The notes under the pieces are model-generated. The model worked only from the letters and a program-made list of their open reading frames with translations. It ran no database searches and had not been told where the DNA came from. 64,000 nucleotides of DNA from Rebecca billardiae RCC1528. Lineage: Eukaryota; Protista; Haptophyta. This document shows positions 11,901-19,775 of the stretch, one piece after another. Made by a program: the position numbers and the translations under genes. The stretch lies in assembly GCA_965240325.2 (NCBI GenBank), contig OZ251233.1, positions 806,001-870,000 of the forward strand. Reading direction: 5' to 3'. Positions within the stretch are counted from its first letter, which is position 1; every line of letters begins with the position of its first letter.

Positions 11901-14047
11901 CAGATCTTGCACATCACGCGCGACTTGGGCGCGCCCGGATAGCGCTGCGCGCGCGGCTGGCAGTCCCACGGCGCGGCGATGACCGTGTTGAACCCTGGGC
12001 GTGCGCTCAGATCGGCGCCGGAGTCGTGGCCAATGTTGCGCACCTGCAGGCACACGGTGCACATGCCAACGGCGTGCTTCTCCTCGCCGCGGCTGAAGGT
12101 GAGCATCGCTGCGCACGAGTGCGTGTTCGCGTGGATCCTCCCCTGCACGTGCTGCGACGGGTCGAAGTCCGGAGTCGGCGGCGGGATGCCCGTCGCGCCG
12201 GTGGCGTCGGCCTCGTCGTCGCTCATCGGGTCGCCGACCAGGTGGCCGTCGGTGGGCGGCGGCGCGCCGGGCTGCGAGGCGGCCAAGGGGGCGGCGCCGC
12301 TCGGCGTGGGGTGCGGTCTGGAAAGCGCCGAGTCGCGCGCCGACGTCTGCGAGCGCAGCACGCGCGCGTGTGGCGGCGCCGCCATGCTCGTCACGCCGGT
12401 GGCGTCGCCCTGGTCGTCGCTCAGCGGCTCCTCGGCGACGTGGTCGTCGGCGCGCGGCGGCGCGCCCGGCTGCAAGGCGCCCACGGGCGCTGCGCCGCTC
12501 GGCGTGGGATGCGGGGCGGATGGCGCCGAGCCGTGCGCTGGCGCCTGCGAGCGTAGCACGCGCGAGTGCCGCGGCGGCGCCGTGCCGCGGTTCGACGCGA
12601 CGGCGTCATCGAGCGCGTCGCACGACTCCTCCATGTCCACGCGCATGGCGTCGGCAACGGCTGGGAGCCCGGCGATGGGGGCGGCTGGGCTCGCTGTCGC
12701 GTCCGCGGCGTTGGTCTCCGCGGCGAGCGCGGGGTCGGAGGCGCGTTGCGCGATATGCGGCGACGGATGCGAGCGCGCCGACTCGCGTGCGCCTTCGACA
12801 CACGTCGCCATCGCGTCGGGCTGTGCGCACGTCCCTGCCACGTCGGCAAAAGACTTGCCCGTGAGCGCCGTGAGCAGCATCAAGCGCCGCCACTCCTTGG
12901 GGTCGAACGGCTGGCTCATGCCGCACGGCGCGTGGCCTCGCACGGTGTCGAGGACGTACGCGAAGACGAGCACCGCGCAGTGCACCGTGCCCGGCACCTG
13001 CCGCGCCATCGTCAACGGCAGCTCGCGCGCGCGCTCGAACACGCGCCACGTGGAGGGGTCACGCTGCGCGCATGTGCGCGGTGTGCGCTGCTGCTGGGCC
13101 TCGTGCGCGTCGGCGAGCAGCAGCTGCACGTTCGAGACGAACTCGATCATGTCGCCTCCGCCCAGGGGCTCGCGGTACTCGATGATCTCGCGGCGCAAGT
13201 CGACGACCCCCTGCGCCCAGTGGTTGCCGTCCTGGTTGATGATGAAGGAGAGCACGTCGTACTTGTTCAGGTCGAAGAGCGCAAAGATGTCGGCCACCTT
13301 CTCCCACGCGTACACGCCCGCGCCCATGAGCAAGGTCCACACCCACGAGGGAACGTGCAGCACGCGGGGCGGGACGGGCAGCCCGTGGCTTCGCGCGAGC
13401 TCGCGTACGCGCTGCATGTGCCGCATCTCGACCGCGATGACGTAGTCGAGCGCCTCGCCGCCGACGAAACCGCCAGAGGAGATCGTGAGCATCTCCTCGT
13501 GTCGCCAGCTGAGATCGTGTGTCGCGAGGATGCCAATGTCCGCTCCGGGCACGATGGGCTCGGCGAATGTCGCGTCGGCGTCGTGCACGGCCGCCACGCT
13601 GCGCAACAGCGCGTCCAGGTCCAAGCGCTCGTCGGCGCTCGCCGCTCCGCGCGACAGGTCCGGCACTCGCACGTTCGGCGGTATCAGGAGCTGTTGGCGG
13701 TGTACGCGCGCGCAGTGCGAGAGCGTGTGCCACTCGCGATCGACGGTGGGCACGCGCTGCTCGAGCAGGCACACGAAGCGCAGCGCATGCGTCACCGGCT
13801 TCACGACGTTGGCCTCCTCCCGCAGCGCCCGTGCCATGGTGGAGGATGGCGCGGCGATCTTGCACGCTCGGCGACTCATTTCTCTGCGAAAGAGCGCTTT
13901 GGCTCGGTCATAGCGCGCTGTCGCCTGCGTCGCCGACTCGCCAAGACGCGGTTCCTGCCACGGCTGCAACCCCGGGAGGTGCGTGCGGTGCGCGTCGTAC
14001 GCCGCTTTGCGCTGCCCCTCCGTCGCATCGCTCACCGTCGACGCCAT
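5915..14047 (-). CDS. Helitron Rep-helicase polyprotein (2710 aa): Ulp1/C48-like protease, Zn finger/DUF6570-like, HUH-Y2 Rep, PIF1 helicase
   Basis: HUH IHSHG (10193-10201) and Y2 YVCDYAFK (9338-9361). Helicase motifs: Walker A GEAGTGKS (7583-7606), APTGAAA, IDESSML, GDPSQLDPV, LTEQKR, KVQG, YVAFTR. DUF6570-like LPRLP...VSR...NPAFHDV. N-terminal NHW...Q...HC protease triad. Confidence 0.93.
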   Translation of the reverse strand: MASTVSDATEGQRKAAYDAHRTHLPGLQPWQEPRLGESATQATARYDRAKALFRREMSRRACKIAAPSSTMARALREEANVVKPVTHALRFVCLLEQRVPTVDREWHTLSHCARVHRQQLLIPPNVRVPDLSRGAASADERLDLDALLRSVAAVHDADATFAEPIVPGADIGILATHDLSWRHEEMLTISSGGFVGGEALDYVIAVEMRHMQRVRELARSHGLPVPPRVLHVPSWVWTLLMGAGVYAWEKVADIFALFDLNKYDVLSFIINQDGNHWAQGVVDLRREIIEYREPLGGGDMIEFVSNVQLLLADAHEAQQQRTPRTCAQRDPSTWRVFERARELPLTMARQVPGTVHCAVLVFAYVLDTVRGHAPCGMSQPFDPKEWRRLMLLTALTGKSFADVAGTCAQPDAMATCVEGARESARSHPSPHIAQRASDPALAAETNAADATASPAAPIAGLPAVADAMRVDMEESCDALDDAVASNRGTAPPRHSRVLRSQAPAHGSAPSAPHPTPSGAAPVGALQPGAPPRADDHVAEEPLSDDQGDATGVTSMAAPPHARVLRSQTSARDSALSRPHPTPSGAAPLAASQPGAPPPTDGHLVGDPMSDDEADATGATGIPPPTPDFDPSQHVQGRIHANTHSCAAMLTFSRGEEKHAVGMCTVCLQVRNIGHDSGADLSARPGFNTVIAAPWDCQPRAQRYPGAPKSRVMCKICMALNTSAARRRTPDNNELKAHPYSGFSSPAGDMSSDLHHNNMHFLPVSEYLLPCTEFELQLLGKYACAATLHALQGGAGLEQRGCITFLIDDVKVSRWLPRLPTDVDYVVVVPTTASGERRLRKRYVVSRSRLALAIRSLCVGVPQGGHAAVPLGEAAANYVRYPYNDHNGVLTHTGSAAHTPLRGRFFRRDRMPNPAFHDVNVRHESLASLPEGAVPNDLFVVRVPPGHPDAGAADADVNGRPRWTRAGDDAEVDADEVAGFVQIPADVDVHEALMQSLADSVGEAARDAYVRSGRGVAAAALQRRRAALVDPWKTPGFWSGLFVRVFSGGGGDGTLSTEKTLDALHWIEHVTWAAPGRVAAHPLVGIVLQRLRMQKQASGQAAFGINVHLNEPDLPVETMRERMEAGDETIFNALYGLTGNVPGTSSSTKTKMKEMLAMYHERTFTEVENMECMPPSFVFFSRACAEYWWLPLARALRDAAAEHATAAAAAMGNDAAAARRTTLELWEHKPRAQLRNAIRSMPQIVTAYFDWRCVNFHNTVGIHADHMNDAMWKYEYAELRSFIHSHGCGVSHAASRAVNGARDKAERATRDEKGEGRPPEEPIDADDDGAPAERAKSVREWDETFRRHFATQLHAVLHTTAADEYVHDDELGCEVRRADGWSTWQVDSYHPAGTTWNDDSKAHEPNTAEWGKPAGTARVPRGAAHPCARTLPEMYGSEAKLFRWRIDSCNASCMHTCMCSYCLHKVKEAIRSDEDGETHWKCRFGIATFDKRLVVAETRAIDSGDGHFVQHGRHYRYESPTDCWPRLAQPRSGTSWQGNNDTKLIIAVETRDSAGDLIFEHVHYVCDYAFKTHDTEDQCRRLYRSLLEPPALPPPPTDANEPRALAPPPTDADASDPTAATAHATTDATPPAAEPDHALDSAPPGAPAAASLGAPGAAAAHGAPAAAAAEPPPAGDVRTAANIAYSFALRAVGLVPLRHQQANHLNSGTPITRQTARPVRVGMGGGRVLRARPTALMPNGEPAPRPPTSMWPASRVEAKKPVMQQYIDYREERIDEGYSEWLSLHEWLVRCQCARNTSPPETCPCQRNLFVQATGVTYMVSWPMQQGWATMQLLLHSRKRWFTEADVLVMLDGQPTASAHDALLDACWLDENDDGELRRSVESCDTHANELPCSHVPRARGERWASGEFPPGVVELIKHAHTASTFRGRRRAAQAACARQRATERRQREQEERAPAADARDADGETDASDSERDDGADRARTANDLEALASAARVAPALAGGADDGVGTYTVRPAPPGFNWHAAGREALARGLAAYDCDAPTALAALGADVERALADHLPRQLASRAHSALANGAGQTTPGATANAAVRTDATVRSFELAPLDVPLLRASPSQRAAIAVTLLSMLRRATSPTTSGAAPDFQYSRLLLHGEAGTGKSVVLRGQERCAHRLFGARPAGERCAGGLAPTGAAAVSMSPRARTVASTCPERLDRKNGADDAGSLSLERVNALRALACVDQASGDLRSALELVQIDESSMLTARQFESVVMDFAQALGMPVPAAAPGARLTRMLPFDQTVAGDPSQLDPVGKNNLDWPLARLQGLQRLGGVRYRQEFVDAIVLTEQKRLQLVDDDDRALQRLQRHMKHGLLDRQDFDWAQTRVLGNMSEEERELFERVDEVMHVWGRRADVNDGNVRCVDALAAARDEPAATVRATTSVGRCRASRDPNKQVGQLPMYTHLAPSSVLVCCANGGGYPELCAPCGIANATRGTCVAAMYAPGEGAPEHQPAAVVVHQPTYKGEPIAAGWPPTWVAYAPVAKDCDAHCCSRTMVPLEPGMHVTFFKVQGITVGEKEMIKRIVVHLDFSSGLNTEALWPRSTYVAFTRPRRARDFALAASLTLENFMAINNAAWRADAEIERQRVAELDAATRARMAPHMSDEGWVALLARLDAACDDGVRDAACAAAAAVDDDDRLACALDGCASCTIWRAARADGHE
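12195..12566 (-). repeat. Two-copy 198-bp (66-aa) tandem duplication in the Helitron ORF linker
   Basis: RVLRSQ...PHPTPSGAAP...QPGAPP...SDD..DATG occurs twice. The anchor gagcg(c/t)agcacgcgcg is at 12351 and 12549. Confidence 0.85.
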
Positions 14048-16194
14048 GCAGGCCGGGCGTGGGTCCTCGAGCGCCGATCTTTGGCCGCGAGCTCGCGAGC
14101 GCGAAAGATGATCGCTGGTCAGGAGTCAGGACCCTTTGCTGTGCGGTAGCAAACGGATTTGCATGCGCCCGACCTTGCCAACCGGGGCACGCGACGACAG
14201 TCCGGTGTGTGGATTCCGGTTATGGTGTTCAGAAGGCCGCGCCAAATCTTGCGTCGCGTGCGATGGCGCTTCCCGCCCGCGAGACACCTCGTGATGAAGG
14301 CCTCTCCGCACCGAGCCCGACGCGCGGCGGTGGATCGCGCGAGGTGGCTGTCGTGCGCAGCGCTTGATGCTATGGCCAGTGCGAGCGCTCGACGTGCACG
14401 TCGGGCGAGGACCGCCCCAGGTCGCACGATCGTGTCGACGCGCCGAGCGTGCCTCCAAACGCGTCGACTTTGGCCCCCGTTCGACCTGCACGCGAGACGA
14501 CGAGGGCAGCAATCGCGAATCGGGCGAAAACCCCCCTCGGGAGTCTTCTCACGATGTCCACGCCGGCGTTGGATTCGGCGCGCGCGGCCCACGCGCTCCG
14601 CGCCATCCAGGACTCTCTTTCGGCCGAGCGTCCCCAGTGGGAGCTGCGAGGGCGCCCGGTAGTGAGCGAAGCGACCCGGCAGTGAGCGAGGCGATTTTCT
14701 TTTCTTTGCGAGGCGATTTTCTTTTTTCCTTTTCTTTTTCTTATCTTTTTCCCGGGCACTACAAGGGGCGGACCTACGGCCCGCCATTTATTGGGTATTT
14801 GATGGTCCTTTGGTGCCAGCAAGACCTTTGGACGTGCGGGATCCGAAGGTTCCGTACTTCCGTTGCGGCCCGAAGACACCGAAGATGGCGACGGAATGTT
14901 CAATGTGTCGCATGCTCGCATGCTGGGTTCTCCGGCGGACGCAGCGTGTAATGTAGGGAGTGACATCGCTGTAGCGGCGACACTGCCTCCGCCGCAGGGA
15001 TGCCGGATGCGTAGCGATCTGTGGCCTTGTCTAATGTCTTGGCTCGTGCACGGGTCGATGCGTTCCATGGGCTTTTGTCTTCACTCCGGTACGGGTCACC
15101 AGTGGTGTTGTGTGCGCTGGTTTCAGGTTTGGCCGGGTCAGCCCTTTGACCGTCCGACCGTGACCGCAGCGTAGGCCGCCTGCACGCAGTGCGGACCATG
15201 CTTATCGGCCAGCGCTTGAAGCTTAAATGTCTTGTTATCGCAGTTGGCGGGCGTTAGCTAGCTCACCCTGAACTGTCTGACCCACACACCTCTCACGAGG
15301 CTGGCCGGCGCAGAGGCTACCCGGGCCCTTTCCCCTTGGCGCTATTTCTTCTTTACCGCGCCGATTGCGCCCTGCTTCCGACGCCTCGGCCTGGTCCGCG
15401 TTAGTTATCAGCTGCGACCTCCACTTGAAGCGGCAGGCGGCAGCCCGCAGCCGGCTCGGCGGCGGGGGCACTGGGCAGCTGCAGCAGCACGGGTGCGGAG
15501 CCCGGCGCCGCCGGCAGTCTCATTCGTGACAGTGGCGTTGGACCCGAGTAATGGAATACTGCTACTATAGTCCTAAGATGCGCGGCCCGGGACTGCAGCA
15601 CTGTGGCCGGCTGCAGTACGCCTCGGATGAATCACAGCTCGTCGGCTCAGAGTGCAGGGTCTGCATCATCGACTGTCGTCGTCAAGAGGTACCGCCGTGC
15701 GTTCATTCCGAACTATCATATTAAAAGATGACGCGGTTAAACCCCTCATACAAGACAGGTAAAGAATACCCCCCGGCAAGCTCACACTCGTACCCCCATA
15801 AGGTATCTTTGACGTTTGCGCCTGTTGGCATCACGCCCTGTGCATCCCCTGCCCTGCTGCTGAGCCAAGGGGACTGACTCCCCTTGGCTGAGCACTTGTG
15901 GCACTGGTGCAGTGTGCACTCGATCATTGCGGCGAGTGCGGGACTCAACAAATCAACATTACTACAATCCGAATACCGGCTTACCCTCCGTCGACGATTC
16001 TTCTCCAATCGCCCCCTATTTTTGGGCGGGAGGCGGACGCATCTTCGTCGTTAGATAACCCCATTCATGACTGTCATAATGAAAATCGGTACCGGCCACG
16101 GTTACTGGGCGAAGATCCCACACAATACTACCCGCTCACGACCCCGAGGGCGTGGTGCGTCAACTTGCGCGATCGCTCATCACCCACATTGAAC

Positions 16195-18238
16195 ATGTGG
16201 GCGAAAGTCATCCACGGCATACCCGCCTGCCGCGGCGAGATGGTTCTGCTCATCACGGTGGACCCCGCCGTGATCGAGCGCTTCAGGCGAGCCCTGCGTG
16301 ATGCAGGGCATGCGCACGTCTTGGTCGCCTCGACCCTCCCCGAGGCCACGTCTCTCCTCGACGTGTCGCACACGACCACGCGCCCGATCGAGCACGTGAT
16401 TGCTGATCTCGACTCCACAGAGGTGCGTCGCACGCGTCCGCGATACGCGCGCGTCGTGCCATCGGGCGTGTCCTGACGCGCAGTCTTGCGGCATAACCCT
16501 CGACCGCCGGCGATGCGCCCACTCGCCCTGCACGCAGGCCGATCCATGGACGCTGCGGCTGCTTGGCGAGCTCACTGCGCATGGCGTGCGCACCTTCTCC
16601 GTGATCGCGCCTGTGGTGGGCTCGCACATGGCGCTCACGGGGTTGAAGGGGATGGCGTCGCCGGTCTCAGTCATCGAGAAGAGCCTGGCTCATCCATTCC
16701 TCGTCGACGCCCTCGCCGCTGCGCTGGGAGGTGCGCCTGCGGCGCGGGCTGGTCGCTCCTCTCGCCTCTCGAGCGACAGCTGGTGCAGCGGCAGCTCGGT
16801 CAATGGGCTGGCGCAGCTCTCCGACGCGGACACGTCGCGGCGGAGCGAGAGCAGCAGGCGCAGCATTGCGTCCCGTGCTGAGCCGAGCTTGCGCATGTCA
16901 CCCACGTCCTCATCCACATGCTCGCCAGAGCCATCGCCGCAGCCCGTCTTGCAGTCCACGGCGCCCGCTGCGCGCGAGCGCGAGCTGCCTCGGCTGCCGA
17001 ACGCGCCGGTGTGTGCGAGCATCACCACGGAGGAGAGCAGCGCGGCGCGTGCGCTCGCGGAGGGCGCGGCAATCATGCTGCACCGCCTGCTCGCCCAGGC
17101 AAGCAATGCGTGCCCGCTCTCCCCGGGCGCGGTGGACCTCGACGCCCTGGAGGCAGGACATGCGCACGCGCGGGACGTAGCAGTTACTACTGCTGCTGCT
17201 GCTCCGGCTGCGAGCGACGCGACCGCGCTCATGCTGCGCGCGCTGCTGCGCGTGGCGCCCGAGCTGGTGGCTGAGGACGAGCTGGTTACTGCCACCGCCC
17301 TTGCACGCCGGGCGCTGGCATCGGGGCGGCTCGACCAGGCTCAGTGGCGTGCGCTGCTCCTCGGCGCCCTCATCGTTGCAGCGAAAATTCACAGTGCGCG
17401 CGCGCGCGCGTGCACGCGTACGGCGCGCGCGCGCACGCGCGCGCTCGCTGCGAACATGCCGCTGATGCGCCCGCGCCCGCGCCCGCGTGCCCCCGGCCGC
17501 GCCTCGCGCATCGCAGACGACGCGCGCGTGTACGTCTCCGACTTCGAGTTCGCTCTCCTCCGCGTCGGCTGGGACGTGGGCAGCGGGGAGCTGAGCGTGC
17601 ACGAGCTGGCGGTGCTGAGCGCGCTCCACTTCGACTCGAGGGTGAGCGCGGAGGAGCACGAGGCGCTGCGGAGCGAGCTGTGCGAGCTGCACGGCGAGAG
17701 CGAGCGCAGCCGGTGCAGCGCGCAGGCGCCGGAGGCGCAGCCGACGAAGCGCTCGCGCCCGGTGCCCGTGCCACATGGCAGCGCGCCGCTGACGGCTGGC
17801 TGGGGCTTGCCGGCGTGGCCGCTCAGCGCATGGAACCTACCCATGGATGCGGCGGCTGCGTCCGATGGACTGAGGGCGCCAGCGACGCCCGGGCGCAATG
17901 GCGACTTGGCCCAGTCCAACTCCGCGACGTCGCTGCCCTCGTCGAACACACTCAGCGTGACGGACCTCACTCGCCTACGCCACGGTGCGCGGTCCGAGCC
18001 CGCAGCGCAGGCCATCGCGGTTGGTGGAGAGGCGCCACAGCTGCCCCTTGCGCGCAGCTCGACCAGAGCAGCTCCGGGGCTGTGCGCGAGTCTGACGGGC
18101 ACAGCCTCTACGGCGCTTCCTCCGGAGCAGAACGTGGGCCTGGCCGTGGGGGGAGGCTTGATACGATCGAGTGCGGGGTGCATGCAGCTGCCGCAGGTGG
18201 GGTCACCGCTGGTGACGGTGACAGTTCACTGCTCTTGA
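16195..18238 (+). CDS. Receiver(REC)-like domain plus cyclin-Y/PHO80-like cyclin box protein (exons 16195-16422, 16538-17393, 17517-18238)
   Basis: The spliced N-terminus VLLITVDPAVIERFRRALRDAGHAHVLVASTLPEATSLL...HVIADLD...SVIEKSLAHPFLVDALAAAL follows the REC beta/alpha pattern. QWRALLLGALIVAAKIHNDARVYVSDF...LSVHELAVLSALHFD matches the cyclin-Y box. Both introns are GT-AG and phase-compatible. Confidence 0.75.
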
Positions 18239-18515
18239 AACCGTACCAGGACGAGTGTGAATAGTAGTCAGTATCGTCAATGTAATGATGTGCGATTAAC
18301 TGATGCGCTGCTGAATCGCGACTAGCTGCTGCTGATCACCAGCCTTCTGAGATATGATCGATATGATATGACGATATAACGGCTAGCATTGTCGATCGGA
18401 CAGTCCGTCGTCAGTCGTCGTAGAGCGATAGACCTCGGCAGTCGGCTTCATCATCATGGATAACATGGATTCTGTCTTGCTGACTACGAGTCGGGCGGAT
18501 GTGATATATGACGAG

Positions 18516-19442
18516 TCAACACCAGTCCTGGAAAAGGCTCCCGTCGTCGTCATCGTCATCGGACGCGTCGTCGGAATGTGCCACTGCCATCAGGTCGACG
18601 TCGCTGTAGCATGTGCTGCTCTCTCGCCGCGCAGTCATGTGCGCCACCTCGTCATCTCTCTGGAGCCGCGTTGGGCTGCCGCCTCGCGCGTCCACGCACC
18701 GCTCTGCGGCGAGCGCGCAGAGGCGCTGCTCACCGAGCTCTTGGAGAGCGGCGTGGTAGCCGAAGAAGGCCAGCGTGGAGACGTGCAGCTGGAATCCGAG
18801 AAGGCGGGACATGTGCGCCTCGAGCGCGCCGAGCTTGAGCGCGGGCTCGCGCAGCGCCGCGCTCGCCACCGCACCGATCACGCTGCTCGGCGGCGGCTCA
18901 TCCGAGACCATCTTGTGAGCAAGGCTGATAGCCGTGCCAAGCACGGCGCGCCAGTTCACGGGGGTGACGAGCCGTTGGTCGGGGGTGGCGAGAATGCACC
19001 GCTCGATCAGTGCCAGTGCGATGATCGGAGCCGCGTCGTCGAGCCGGAGCTCGGCGCGCAGCAGCTGCAGCGCGCAAAAGCACTCGCCCTCGTCGTACGC
19101 GCACGGTTGGGACGCGGCGCACGATGGCGGCTCAAAGGCCACGCCAGCAGGAGCGCCGTCACACAGGCTGGCGTCGATGTGAATCGAGAGCGCGGCGGCG
19201 ATGCCCGCATCGATCGCGTCATTCGGCTCCTGCGGCAACGTGTTGAGACCGATCGTGCGCGCGATCGCCTTGATCTCAGTGGCCAACGGCGGCATAGAGG
19301 AGCAACGGGGGTGATGCTCGTCGCGCGCATTGGTGATGTCGACGGCGTGCGATGCGCTGGTCGTGCCGGAGGATTTGAGGGGCGTGTGAAGATCTCTCGC
19401 CGAGTCGTAGCCGTGCGAGTTGGCGCACGTCGTCATGATCAT
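18516..19442 (-). CDS. Cyclin-Y/PHO80-like cyclin
   Basis: IIALALIERC...LVTPVNWRAVLGTAISLAHKMVSDE...LGALEAHMSRLLGFQLHVS...FFGYHAAL parallels cyclin Y (VYLER...[22 protein letters not shown]...LERQFLELLQFNINV). Start codon uncertain. Confidence 0.82.
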   Translation of the reverse strand: MIMTTCANSHGYDSARDLHTPLKSSGTTSASHAVDITNARDEHHPRCSSMPPLATEIKAIARTIGLNTLPQEPNDAIDAGIAAALSIHIDASLCDGAPAGVAFEPPSCAASQPCAYDEGECFCALQLLRAELRLDDAAPIIALALIERCILATPDQRLVTPVNWRAVLGTAISLAHKMVSDEPPPSSVIGAVASAALREPALKLGALEAHMSRLLGFQLHVSTLAFFGYHAALQELGEQRLCALAAERCVDARGGSPTRLQRDDEVAHMTARRESSTCYSDVDLMAVAHSDDASDDDDDDGSLFQDWC

Positions 19443-19775
19443 CAGAGTGTCGGCAGGCCGTGCACTTCTCGCTCAAACTCGGTGCTTCGTGCTCAGATTC
19501 TTTGATCAGCGCCATCTGCTGGCGAGCGGAATCGCGGTGAACCAAGGGTCAACACTTCCAAGCATTATATTTTGGGATTTCTGGATTTTTTATCCTTACG
19601 TACCTCGGTTTCGGCAAGAATAAGACGCACACCGGCACGCGCGCGATCAGCCATCCATCAGCAATCTCCGCAAATTGCGGCTGTATCATAAATTTTGACG
19701 GGCTCCCGCCACGTGCACAGTGCACAGGAATGTGGATCTACCGTCGCCGTCAGGATACCATCAATCCATCATTAA

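Larger units (their letters stand above)
5412..14786 (-). mobile_element. Autonomous Helitron2/Helentron-like rolling-circle transposon (~9.4 kb)
   Basis: Encodes Rep-helicase. Ends are defined by homology to the second copy (14760 end vs 29955; 5412-5484 vs 31380-31452). 5' T plus hairpin GGCGGGCC-GTA-GGTCCGCC (14767-14786). 10-bp asymmetric subterminal inverted repeat, 5433-5442 vs 14776-14785. No clear TSD. Confidence 0.85.

Noticed and set aside
5921-12556. 2211-aa plus-strand ORF and many other long Arg/Ala-rich ORFs
   Set aside because: These are antisense or off-frame shadows of real genes caused by extreme GC3 bias. No recognisable domains.
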